This document shows positions 52,401 to 63,080 of a stretch of 64,000 bases of DNA, one piece after another. The stretch lies in contig JAQGDQ010000075.1 in the NCBI GenBank assembly GCA_030141605.1, positions 62,001 through 126,000 of the forward strand, in the 5' to 3' direction. This stretch comes from Tubiluchus corallicola. Taxonomy: Eukaryota; Animalia; Priapulida. The notes beneath the pieces were generated by a model that did no database searches, had not been told where the DNA came from, and worked only from the letters and a program-made list of their open reading frames with translations. A program made the position numbers and the translations under genes. The first letter of the stretch is position 1; each line of letters opens with the position of its first letter.

Positions 52401-53692
52401 CATCTAAAGAAACACACAAAACTCATGTATTTGGAGAAAGAAAATATGAAGTGGAGCAGAAACCAGCCACTCCAAAACCTGTTAGCCCTACTGTGAAGCA
52501 ACCCATACCACAATCACCAATAGAAAAAATGATGAGCATAACTACAAGCCAATCTAATATGATTCCACCCCCCTTGCCCGGACTTTCTTTATCTAACCGT
52601 CTACCATTTCCACCTCGTTTCCCATTTCCCAATCCAGGATTAATGGGTAATATTAACTTGGAATTATTAAGAAAGCAGTTTGAGATGTCTCATCCATCTT
52701 TGCTACAGAGTCGAATGCCTTATTCGCAACGCCAACTCACATTTCCGCCCTACCCGAACCACGCTGGCAAAATTAAGGAGCGGTATGGATGTAAATTTTG
52801 TGGGAAAATATTCCCACGTTCAGCAAATCTTACTAGACATTTGAGGACCCACACAGGAGAACAACCATATAAATGCAAGTATTGCGAGCGTTCGTTTAGC
52901 ATATCATCAAACTTGCAAAGACACGTTCGAAACATTCACAACAAAGAGAAACCATTCAAATGTTCCATGTGCGAACGATGCTTTGGTCAACAAACAAATT
53001 TAGACCGCCACTTGAAGAAGCATGAAACCGAGGGACCAAATCTCACTACAACTTCTCCAGATTCTAACTTGGATGAGAAGGATGAATCTTACTTTGAAGA
53101 GATTCGTAACTTCATCGGGAAAGTGACTGATCAAGACCAGGAGCCTCATACCCAGTTGGATCCAAATTTTTCCATAATTGATCAACTGGAAAAGAAATCA
53201 CATTCTCGAAGTTCTAGTCCAGAAGGAGAATCAATCCACACAAATTCAAGTGATGAAGTTGAGGATGCTACAGATAAATGTACTGGCTTAGAGAAAAATA
53301 ACAACATGTCCGTCATACTAAATGGAGGTGCTGGGTCTGGTCTACTCCTCACACCTAGCTCAACAAACTTTGCTGGCCCTGTATCACCGTCACGTCATCC
53401 TGGAATGGTTTTTCATGAGCAGTTGAAGACAAATGCAGACTCCACCCACTTTAACCCCCTGGCAGAAAAGCTGGGAAATTATCATAACATATATGAACTG
53501 ATGCTTGGAAAAGCAACTCGGTGTGCCATTTGCCAAAAGGAGTTTTCACTGCCAGAGAAACTTTATATTCACTTTCGAGAGGTGCATAGTGATTTATGCA
53601 AGCCATACCCCTTTTTTGATCACTTGAGTAGTGAAAGGACCAGTATACCACACCAGGCTCCCAAGGAACAGGTGGATAAAACTGCACCTTAA
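30697..53692 (+). CDS. PRDM16: PRDM3/16 (MECOM/EVI1/PRDM16/hamlet-like) PR-domain zinc-finger transcription factor; spliced CDS join(30697..30831,47545..47653,50502..50706,50996..51143,51473..53692), 5'-partial
   Basis: Joined exons give one open frame with compatible phases 0/1/2/0. It contains family hallmark peptides: [150 protein letters not shown] and [16 protein letters not shown]. Probably a single invertebrate co-ortholog of MECOM and PRDM16. Confidence 0.95.
40964..40997 (-). mobile_element. Extremely 5'-truncated RTE-like LINE 3' end with 20 bp target-site duplication
   Basis: atgcatatgtaagtatatgt is duplicated exactly (40944-40963 and 40998-41017) around a 34 bp insert. On the minus strand the insert reads cggcgaccccgcatagggaaaagctgggaagaag, resembling RTE/Rex3 3' ends (ggcgacccc...ggga...gaagaag). 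Confidence 0.65.
46352..46465. repeat. (AAT)n microsatellite
   Basis: About 38 units with one short interruption. Confidence 0.97.
47545..47653 (+). CDS. PRDM16: PRDM3/16 coding exon: end of PR/SET domain ([36 protein letters not shown])
   Basis: Acceptor gttattttcag| and donor GAAG|gtaggc; 109 nt, phase 0-1; matches the IYY...DI..GEELL PR C-terminal motif. Confidence 0.92.
48246..48313. repeat. 34 bp tandem duplication
   Basis: ctaaattatat(g/t)taaatagtttgttacatttcta twice, one mismatch. Confidence 0.92.
48469..48499. repeat. (CTA)n microsatellite
   Basis: Direct reading. Confidence 0.85.
50502..50706 (+). CDS. PRDM16: PRDM3/16 coding exon: C2HC-type finger plus first half of ZF1
   Basis: Acceptor ttttcttgcag|; encodes [23 protein letters not shown]...[12 protein letters not shown]; 205 nt, phase 1-2; ends at non-canonical donor AG|gcaagt. 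Confidence 0.88.
50996..51143 (+). CDS. PRDM16: PRDM3/16 coding exon: ZF1 end, ZF2, start of ZF3
   Basis: Acceptor aattttacag|; encodes (R)[49 protein letters not shown]; 148 nt, phase 2-0; ends at donor AAG|gcatgt. Confidence 0.9.
51473..53692 (+). CDS. PRDM16: PRDM3/16 terminal coding exon: ZF3-7, Pro-rich region, PLDLS, ZF8-10, acidic motif, extra C2H2 finger, stop
   Basis: Acceptor tattattttcag|GTTTTTACA; 2220 nt open frame that includes the 669 aa ORF 51683..53692 in frame; TAA at 53690-53692. Confidence 0.95.
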   Translation, partial: VFTDASNLQRHIRTQHHGARSHACTECGKAFATSSGLKQHTHIHSSVKPFQCEVCLKAYTQFSNLCRHKRMHADCRTRIKCKDCGQSFSTVTSLSKHKRFCEGALRNGLAPYYPNVPVTEKPPISVPSPVTPGQPFPSIYGLRPSGMPLYPMAYPFMPHPMMQFPHLPPPPRFIPQISPSLSNARNQLEKVESVKNRAEKHGSEGSEGSELSELSSPCGSSLDTSTGSDADSEREHDGKEKHSEEVKSSPLLTKALLQNGPRPEYTPTKVSPRPTGYNQESSANKSYAVVQKSKLTESPLDLSVRKEVWPSKETHKTHVFGERKYEVEQKPATPKPVSPTVKQPIPQSPIEKMMSITTSQSNMIPPPLPGLSLSNRLPFPPRFPFPNPGLMGNINLELLRKQFEMSHPSLLQSRMPYSQRQLTFPPYPNHAGKIKERYGCKFCGKIFPRSANLTRHLRTHTGEQPYKCKYCERSFSISSNLQRHVRNIHNKEKPFKCSMCERCFGQQTNLDRHLKKHETEGPNLTTTSPDSNLDEKDESYFEEIRNFIGKVTDQDQEPHTQLDPNFSIIDQLEKKSHSRSSSPEGESIHTNSSDEVEDATDKCTGLEKNNNMSVILNGGAGSGLLLTPSSTNFAGPVSPSRHPGMVFHEQLKTNADSTHFNPLAEKLGNYHNIYELMLGKATRCAICQKEFSLPEKLYIHFREVHSDLCKPYPFFDHLSSERTSIPHQAPKEQVDKTAP

Positions 53693-55305
53693 GAAACAAG
53701 TTGAGACAGATAGAGCTAAAAGCATGATCCTGAACATTGTTACATGTTCTGTGTTATTACAATGGCTGTCGCATTCAGTGTGACTATATAAAATGTTGTG
53801 CATGCTGTAAAGTATAGGCCTAGAATTAATTGAAATCCTGCTTTGAACCTCTTACATTAGTAAAAATGTGCAACAGTGCACTTCTGCTGGAAAGGCCTAT
53901 CTTTTCTGGTTGGACAATCACTTATGCTAACAAATCAAACTAATTAAGTTTCTTAATTAGAAAGAAACATCCCAAGTTTTACATTTTCTGACAGTCTTAG
54001 TCAGAGTCTAATAATCAAAATTTTTCAACTGCTGCATTAACAAGTTACTAAAAAATCTATGCTTTCTCTGTGAAATTTATACCTGAGTGAGGGTACCCGT
54101 TCATTTTTCAAACTTGTAAATGTACACTGTACAAAGAGTAAGTTATGAATTATGTAGAAAAAGTAATAATTATTGTACATAAGATAATAATAAATATTAG
54201 GTAGATTTAAGTTACTTATTTGCTGTACATTGTGGGATAATACTGAGTGCGGGAATTTGTTCAAAGTATTATAATCTAGTAAAAATTCTAAGACCACTTA
54301 GACCTGTAGGCCTACAATTTATAAGTTCTATTTTTATTCAGTCAGTATTCTAGTCCTACCACCCAATTATTTACATTCATTCACCATCCACACTTTTTCT
54401 TGAAATCTTTGTCATCAGCATAATTTCATACAAATTAGGAAAGTTCAAAAATACTATATCTGTACGACCCCAATTTTTTGTCATAAGATTTTTGTGATAC
54501 AGATTAGAATTTTTTTATTTCGCTTTGCAAACCTAGTTTTCTGGCATCTAGTGTAAGTCATTTTTTGCTTATTGAGTAAACATTTCTAGACTGTCTATAA
54601 AAATGCTACACAATAGATTTTGTGATCTTTATTTCTGCATTAATTGTGATGTTAAAAGAGCAGCTGACATTTTAATAATTATAATGTGAGCAACTGAACT
54701 GGCATACGTCATTTTGTCATTCCAGTAAAGCATTAAAAATAATGTTAATTATTGTTATTATTATTATAATGTTTCTTGTGGAGTTGAGTCATGCTGTAAA
54801 AATGTAATCACAGAATGTAATAACAGCTGCCTATGTGTATAAGATTACTACTGTATTGTTGTTTGGTCATTATCGTTATTATCAGTAACAAAGTAATGAA
54901 ATTTCAAGTAACACATGCCTACTTTGACTTTGAGAATGTATTTCATTCATATTTTGTCGAAAACGTAATGTGTTATCGTTATTAATATTAATGTATTATA
55001 ATTATTATGAAGATAGGAATGTTATCATCACTTTTTCTTATGCTAATTATACAGCTCATTTAGTTTCAGTAATTATCATTCACTTATTTTAGATCATTGG
55101 TACGTTTATAGTATTACATTATATTATACATCTGTTAAGTTATTTTATAGTTAATGTATTTATCAACTACTTGTGGTATATTTTTCTCTTGATTTTGTAC
55201 TTTAAAAATCGTTATTATAATGGTAACATCTTCAGTATATTATATTAGGACTCATAAAATAATTATAATAATATCAGAAAATAAATGCTGTGTATAATAT
55301 TTAAA
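53693..55305 (+). other. Putative 3' UTR of the PRDM3/16 gene
   Basis: Very AT-rich, CpG-poor stretch after the stop codon, ending near AATAAA 55280-55285 followed by a GT/T-rich element (tttgttcgttgtcattgtt, about 55310). A second AATAAA lies at 54189-54194. The end point is inferred. Confidence 0.5.
55280..55285 (+). terminator. Candidate polyadenylation signal AATAAA
   Basis: Canonical hexamer with a downstream GU-rich tract about 25 nt later. Confidence 0.45.
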
Positions 55306-56834
55306 AAAATTTTGTTCGTTGTCATTGTTAATTGCGTAAACAGATGTATCATATTTTGATGAATGAATAAGCAAACTGATATATGGTCGACAAAGAAACA
55401 ACGAACAAACAGACATTTAAAATGAACAAATAGACGAATAGTGTTATTGCATTTTCACTATTTTCTTCTTTTTATAAATTTATGCTAAGAAAGTATTTTT
55501 GACAAAAGAAATTTCAAACCAAAACCAAGCCAACACTGGATAGAAGCTTTAAAGTGATATAGATTTACACTATAAAAACGGAGAATGTGCATGTAACTCT
55601 GAGAAACAATAAGGTCGAGCACTTAAGTTGCTTTGCTGGTTAGTAAATCTGGTGTAATTCAGCTTTAGTGATACTTTTAAAAAAATGTATGCCCTAAATT
55701 CCTATTGATCGTTAACAGAGACCGTCTTTGCCCGTGCTTTTGTTTAGATAAAGGTAACAGGCTAACATATGCATACTCAAGATTTGTACTTGGCTGCGAA
55801 GTTAAGCAATGCTACGCCTATTTAGTAAATGAATGGGTTACAACACTGGACATGGCTATTAATCTCGTTTAGGAATGTATGCATCGGAGTTCTGTGTTCA
55901 GATGACCCTCTTAAAAGATTAATCTTGATACATAATAAGTAGGCGCACCACTGAGTGCTAGATTCCAGCTTGCAAAATGATCAGCAATATAAAACAATAA
56001 AAATAACTTGCGAATGCGGTAGATCAACGTGGCCGTTCACATTACCAGAAACATGCCGCAGAGAAAAAGACATTTTTATGGCATAGCAAAATTAAAGGCA
56101 TTATCAATCGATTAAATGGTTTTAACAACAGCATGCTGTTTCTCAAGATTACTTGCAAGCATTTCTTATTATATGCGCGTATGAAGGTATAGAAGACAAA
56201 TGGGCCTTGAGCAAGGAAAAATGACAAGTTTGTGTGTGGCACGAAATGAGCAACCAATCAAAAGCATTTAACGATCAATAATATTGTCCATAAGCACACC
56301 ATGAATAACAGACCACTTTTGCGTAGACAATGCCCAAATTACTCTTAAGTGGCTGACACTGCTGGCTTCGAAATTATGGGCAGTCAAAAGCAGAATTTCT
56401 CTCTGCGTGGATACCTGTGGATGTATTGTCAGGTGAGCGATTGATCAGCCTACCATTGATGAGGCTAATGCTGTTTTCTTGTCAAATGGCTTGATGGCAG
56501 TCGGCTGAGTCGATCTTAACGGTTATGCGTTTCCGTTCTGTTCGTTCTTTGTACTCCTGCTTCATGAAATTTCACAACTGCATAAGATTAATTAAGCGGA
56601 AGAACCTGGAAATCTGGCGAACGTTTTACTCTACCGCACTGCTGAAATAATTTTACTTTGATATAATAAGTCTCTGCCATTAATTTGTTTTGCGTATTAT
56701 TAAGTACACAGAGAATTGTGGCGTTTCTCTTTTCCAGATAAGTGGGCTTCTTTGCTTCCTGGTATAATTAGGCGTGTAACCACTATTAACCAGAGACCTA
56801 ACAGAGAAATGTAGGACTGTGCTTGCGTTGGAAA

Positions 56835-56837
<3 letters not shown>

Positions 56838-56931
<94 letters not shown>
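56838..56931. repeat. Perfect (CT)n microsatellite
   Basis: Direct reading; explains the SL/RE repeat ORFs at 56798-57275. Confidence 0.97.
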
Positions 56932-56933
<2 letters not shown>

Positions 56934-57824
56934 CTCTGTCTTTTCCTCACTTCTCCACTACTGTTCCACTTTATTATTATCTTCACAGGATGTTTTACTT
57001 CTCTTCAAACTTTTCAGCCCCGTAGTATAGTTACACTGTGTTTGCGTGGGAAAGGCCCAACTTGGTGCTCTGATATTACTTGCGTAAACACACCTAATGT
57101 TTTTTTTTCGTGTATGAGATGTTATTTAATTTCACCGATTTTGTTAATGCTCATTGAGTTTGAACCGCATACGAGGAGTCTTACCAGTTGTTTTCTTACT
57201 AAATTTGTTTCTTTGCTGCTAATTTGCTTTCAGTTATTTTACAAATTTCGCAAGTTTAAATTTCCAGGTCTTTAAAATGCTGAGCAAAAATTTAATGCTA
57301 AACTAAGGAAGGTGGCCTCTTCGCTCTGAATTACTCATCCTGGGTGTCTAATTTAAATTTGCAAACCGCAATGCCAAAAAAATAAAATAGGCCCTATCTC
57401 TTTAATTTCTCAAACGGCAGCGGCTGTGGTGGCGATAACTATTGGCCGTGAGCAGGTAAAAACGTCGACTACATCGACGACGTTATTCCTATTGCGAATT
57501 TTTAAAAACAAAAACGCTAGTTTTGCAAGGAGTTAGCCACAATAGTCCACAATTCATATGGGGGAGTGTGTAATAAAACTCAGAAGTTGATTACCTTACC
57601 TTTCCTGATGCCTAGTCGGGAGAGTAAATGTCACGCCTCTCGATTACACATCTGCAAAAGTCTTTTTTCTTTAAAAATAAGCTACTCATACGTTTGTTAA
57701 GGAAATATCGTAATATCTACCAAGGGCTGACTGGACCTCCAGGTTTCACCGGAGTTACTGTTAGTCTACGGGAGAAGGCGCTGGGGAGGTGACCCACCGT
57801 TTCCACTCTTTTCACTGTGATGTA

Positions 57825-58279
57825 CCGTATTTTCCCGTGTATAAGAGACCCTTGTGTATAAGAGACCCCTTCAATTTTTAGGCAAAAATTCTGGAAAAAA
57901 GTTTTTTCAGACGGACATTTTTAGAGGGTAAAGTACAACTTTTTTCAACTCAGTGCGGTACTGAAAACAAAATAAAACCAGTTAATGTGTTGTAGAAAAA
58001 GAGTACTGGTATATATTAAAGTGCGTACCTGCAAACCTGTAACAGGAAAAGAGAAAACGAGGAGATAATGCCTGTGTCACGATGCTTGTATTGCTTACAA
58101 CCGCTTCATAGTCGAACGCGACACGCAAAACAGTTGTAGAGCACTTATTTCTTTAAAATCATTAGTGTCACAATTTATGCATCTTATTGAAAAGACTTAC
58201 TCCCATGTATAAGAGACCCCCTATTTTTAAAGTGAAAATTCTGAGCAAAAAAGGGTCTCTTATACACGGGAAAATACGG
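57825..58279. mobile_element. Intact non-autonomous Tc1/mariner-superfamily (pogo/Tigger-like) MITE, 455 bp
   Basis: Perfect 29 bp TIR ccgtattttcccgtgtataagagaccctt (57825-57853 and 58251-58279); TA on both sides (57823-57824, 58280-58281); internal repeats of tgtataagagaccc. Confidence 0.9.
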
Positions 58280-60879
58280 TAGTTGGGCTTTGAGAGCGAT
58301 ACAGAAGTTGGTACCGTTTTAAAATTCTTTATACTTTCAAATAATACTGTCGAAAGAGTGAGCTTAGCGGGAAACAAAGTGAGTTAAAAATACATTATTT
58401 GACAAATAAATTATAACTTTTTGATTACTTTCATCGAACCGTAGCTAGGCTATAAAGCCAGGTAACCTGAATTAAGATTAACTTGAGCTCTGTGTCTACA
58501 AGCTGATCGCAAAAATAGTGAAAGGAAAAAGCAGTAACTTGCAGCAAAAATTTTATTTCGAAATTAAAAAAGTTAGTGTTCTTCACATGCACGACGCACG
58601 ACGAAAATCCACACGAAACATGCAACGCAGTGGCATGTGTGCAGTCTATATAGTTTTAAGTCAGCAGTTTTTAAATCAGAGTTTTAGCACTGACGATAGT
58701 ACTGATGATTGATCATCATCTAAAGCTTTATATGTGTTGTGGACTATCAATAAAAGTTGATAAACAGTAGTATCGTTAAAACTGGATTTTTTGCTTGTTG
58801 ATAATTAATTCTCTATGAATAACTATAAAGATGTTTGTATATAATTCTTTCGAGCACTTTAGATAAACATGATTGCAAAGATATTGGTCGATACTTGGCT
58901 TTAATTACCTGCCTCGTTTTTTTAAGATAGGGCAAGTATTGGCTTGTTTTGAAATTTTGAAATACACTTATTTTGCCCCTTTCATTGGTATGTACAACTA
59001 GTGATCATTCTGCAAGGACAGTATGTTATGAGCTTGACTTAGAGATCTTATTCAGGTGTTATATGGAATGGAGGTGTCGGTTCGGTAGATACATGCTTGT
59101 TGTTTTGTTGTATAATAATATTAATAAATCTTTATTTGAAAAAGTTATTTTTAAAGCACAGTTAGGTTTAAAATGTGCTTCGCTTTATTGAAACGCGGCG
59201 CTCATAATAGGCCAGAAATAGCCGCTTCTGAATAAAAAATTTAAAATTTTCACCGAACACCCCCTCACCAAACTGGGGGAGAGAACTCCCAGACCCCCAG
59301 ACCCAGTTATACTGATAATTACATATTAACAACATGGAAATGTAAGTGTCGCAACAGATTTCTTGTGGGGCATCTACAGTTTATCCGTATTCACTAAGTA
59401 CAAGTCCTTTGAATATTCCAGTCCTGAGAGGTAATAGAAAACTTGAGGTCTTAGACTGCAGCTTTCTAACAGGTCAAGGCAATTTCAATGACTTCATATA
59501 CAATATTGGGTGTGCAGAATGTAACGTGTGCCAGCATTTAGAGGGGAGGTAAACCTTACATCATCTGCTAGTTGAATGCAAATTGGTAAATTTTTTGTCA
59601 CTATTTAACCGGATTAAATAATATAGGGAATGTGTATTAACGTAGTTTTAGCTTAAAAGCAGACAATGATAACAGATTGCTAGCATATATGCTACAAGTT
59701 GTCAAAATGACATGTAAATACTGTTAAATGTTATAGTAACTTTTATTTTCTGTTTCCTTTTTATATTTATGAGTCAATTTCTCAACTGTAACGTTTCTGC
59801 AACATGGTTTGAACAATCCATATTTGAACCATAGACCGCCTAACCGCCCTAGCAACATTATTACGCGTTTTTGGTTGCTATAGCTATAATGTAATAGCTT
59901 TGTTATGTAGAGTAGTTGTTTTGTTGTTAGTCTTCGTATGTATGTCATTGTAATGTATGTGCCAATAAAATAAATTCTAAATTCTAATAATTTATTCTGA
60001 CAATTATTTGATATAAGTTTTTTAAAATTGGCAAAGAAAATCAAAAAGGTCACTGGATTTCAACATCAAATGGATCATCATGTACTTCTTAATAAAATAG
60101 ATACTAAGCAATCATTTTTCTTTTTATGAATTAACTCTAACATGAAAAAACATACTTGCAGATGCCAATTGTGTTGATATGACATTATTTTGTCGCACTA
60201 ATTTGAAATATGATGATCACAAACTAGAAATAAAACACCACCATTTTTTATTATGATTATCTTCGATTCTTCATCAGTATCTCGTCACTCTCCCTGTTGC
60301 CCTTTGAAAGATCGCTAGCAAAAAGAATTTTAGAAGATTAACTCGCGACTGGTATGGAATCAGTCATCCTTGTTATCTTCTGATTTCTGATGCCTTATTG
60401 CACATTACGTCATTCATATAAAGATAACAATTCGTTACCATGGCAATGATTATTCGTCATTTTTGCAGTGGTGTAACAGATGTCAGACTTTGTTCGGTCT
60501 CATTTTACTCCTTTGCCTCCTTTGTGTGAAGTGCGTTCTTTCGAAATATCTTATGCGTTATTATGAGGTGTTTTAACATTTTTATTGAGCACCGACGGGT
60601 GTGTAGGCGCCGGAGGATATGGACTACGCCGCTCGGTAGGTAGCCCCTGTGCCCTCAGTTCCATCTTCTGGGCCCTTCGTGTATTGCAGGGGTGAAGGAG
60701 ATTCTTTTGCTGGGCTGTGGCTACGGTTTCTCTTGGAAGTTCGAGTGGCACGGTCTGCCTCTTGTTGAGTGCTGATGTCATTCTGAGGCATTAACCATGT
60801 CGTAGGTGCTCTCACATCTGGGCTCATCTGAGCACACGTAAGATTGTAGAAGGGTTGACATGAAATCTGTACTCTGATC

Positions 60880-61015
60880 CAGGGCAGCCACTATTGCACC
60901 TGGAAGAGATCCGTGAGTAGGTAGGAAATCTGGCTCACTTGGGTCACGTAAGGTGGAAGGGAAGACATGAAATCTGGTTTCTGATTCAGGGCAGCCACTA
61001 TTGCACCTGGGAGAT
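60880..61015. repeat. Diverged direct repeat (about 107 bp period) within a GC-richer decayed coding-like block
   Basis: cagggcagccactattgcacctgg at about 60880-60903 and 60987-61010, each preceded by gacatgaaatctg. Confidence 0.75.
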
Positions 61016-62929
61016 CCCCGTAAGCGCCTAGTTAGATAGCCTTGCTCACATGCAGTGCAGCTCACTCTACTGCCCCTAAGGTGCAAACTGGAGGGAGAGG
61101 ACTTGGCTCGCTGTACAACATGCGCTACATGGGTGTGTGATGCGACAGGCGTAATTGCCTCACTAAAGTCAACTGTAGGCAAAACTGTTAGTTACATAGC
61201 CGCTCCACACCAAAAACTCCTGCGTAACCTTCACAAGGTGCGAACATGTAAGTGCTTCATTCATGCCGGCATATTTAAAAAAATGACGTAAGCTGGTGAC
61301 TGCTGGGCAGCGTGATGCTGTGAAGGCAAGCTGTGATGAAGGTACGCGTTGAGAATTTTCTACAGTTCACTCTGAAGTTCTGTTACTCTAGCATTGTAGT
61401 TAAATGTGTTTATGTAAAAATTAGTCATTTGATCAATTATGACCAAGATTAAAGTGATTACATAGCTTTAACCCACATGATCATACCGTAAAATATGTAA
61501 GTAGTATACATTAATTGACGTCTAACATAATGTCAATCAATTTCGTTGATTGCCCAGTGAGCGTGCAAGTTATTTCACACACCCCTGCAGCAGATACGTC
61601 CGGGACATTTAGCTACAGCTCCGTCTAACACTGTTATGAAAAATGCTCAACTTTTCATTAGTTAGCGGGAGAAATATTAGCGTGGTTCTAGATTTTATTA
61701 TTGTCAATTGAAATTGCAAGTGAATTAGTGGAAATATATAGTCTAGTTTCGTTTATGGGAAGAAATGCACACCGCTTACGTCATGGGTTGCTGATTAAAC
61801 CATTTTGCATTCAAGAATATACGCCTGTAGCCCTGTAGCTTGACCTTTGCTCCATCTTACGGGCGCAACATGAAGAAAACGTTATTCTCTTATTTTAAAA
61901 TATTCGCACCATCTGGTAAAACGTCCACTGGCTCACCAAAAAACATAATTGATCTTATTGGCAATATGAAGTAAGTTAAACTTTCGCTTAGCTAGCGAAG
62001 TTTTCGTACTTAACGCAATGTTACTTAAGCTTGTTTCAAACGACTTCCTTTCAAAATGGCTGCGTCTAACGGTCGTCGCGGAAGTTTAATTTTTCAAGTT
62101 TTATACAACGTTGCTTTTAATGTATAAGCTTTGCGCGCCGTAAGGCAGTTGTAAGTCATACAAAATTTCAAGTTGAAAAGCTTTTTTTAGCTTTATGCAA
62201 GTAAATGATTTTTTACTACCAAAATTGAAAGGCAGAAAATGTGAGTTGGGATAGGCTGTAGCCTGGATTTGTAATGCACCTTTCTGTCCCTTTCTTCGCC
62301 TTAACAATAGTTTGACGACATTCAAGTTTAGTTACTGCTCCCATGTGATACCCTGCTACAGCACGTGGGTCACTGCTGGTATTATAAGCTTTCAATCAAA
62401 TATTTTTTGGAAAATTCATCTATACACCTATTTATACAAATGTGTACGGCTTCAATTTGTCCTTATTATGAGTCCCCATATGCCACATATAATTGTGACC
62501 TTTATGAAAATAGCTGCGCCTCTTCAACCGTTTTGATAGCCGACTTTCAGTGGCGTAGGGGTCAAGCATTTACAGAATAATGCTCATGTCTTCTTTTCAT
62601 TTTGGTGCATCCATTTATAACCATGCAACGCCGATCCTAAAAGCTGATCTCTCAAAACAAAAGGATCACTATCACACTTTTGAGGTTTCTTGAGTTCACT
62701 ATAATTCCATGATTTCTACTTAAAGTATCGACAATATCCTTGTTGGAAAATTCCAGATTAAAATGTCTTATAGGATCAGCGTAAGTGCGCATGCGCCTGC
62801 TGATTCTTTTATACCGTTTTGATATATGTATAAATGTCAAATAATAAAAAAATGAATAAAACACGATTAGTTCTATTCATTCTGCCGTTTCAGTAATTAC
62901 GTTATGTAACTCCATACATGTAATTACTA

Positions 62930-63080
62930 ATCTGTGCACACGGATTAATAATTTGTGGCCATGAATTTGTACCTAGTGCACAAGGTTTAGTAATTCGAGG
63001 GCATAAATTAATAACCCGTGTGGAAGGATTAATAATTCGTGGCCACAAATTAGTGTTTCATGCGCTCGGATTAATAATTG
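62930..63080. repeat. Degenerate tandem array of an about 20 bp unit (tcgtggccacgaattaataat-like), likely DNA-transposon subterminal repeats
   Basis: About 7 diverged copies (cacggattaataatttgtggcc, ggattaataattcgtggccac, cggattaataatt); a further copy near 63430 (cgtacccacggattatta). Confidence 0.6.

Noticed and set aside
51774-53803. Overlapping and antisense ORFs within the terminal exon
   Set aside because: Short shadow frames of the real CDS with no recognisable domains.
56798-57275. SL-repeat and RE-repeat ORFs
   Set aside because: (CT)n microsatellite.
57853-57866. tgtgtataagagac resembles the Tn5/Nextera mosaic end AGATGTGTATAAGAGACAG
   Set aside because: The flanking AGA and AG bases are missing and the motif is an integral repeat of a TA-flanked MITE, so it is not adapter contamination.
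62930-63080. CRISPR-like repeat array
   Set aside because: Units are abutting and degenerate with no unique spacers and no cas genes, in a eukaryotic context.
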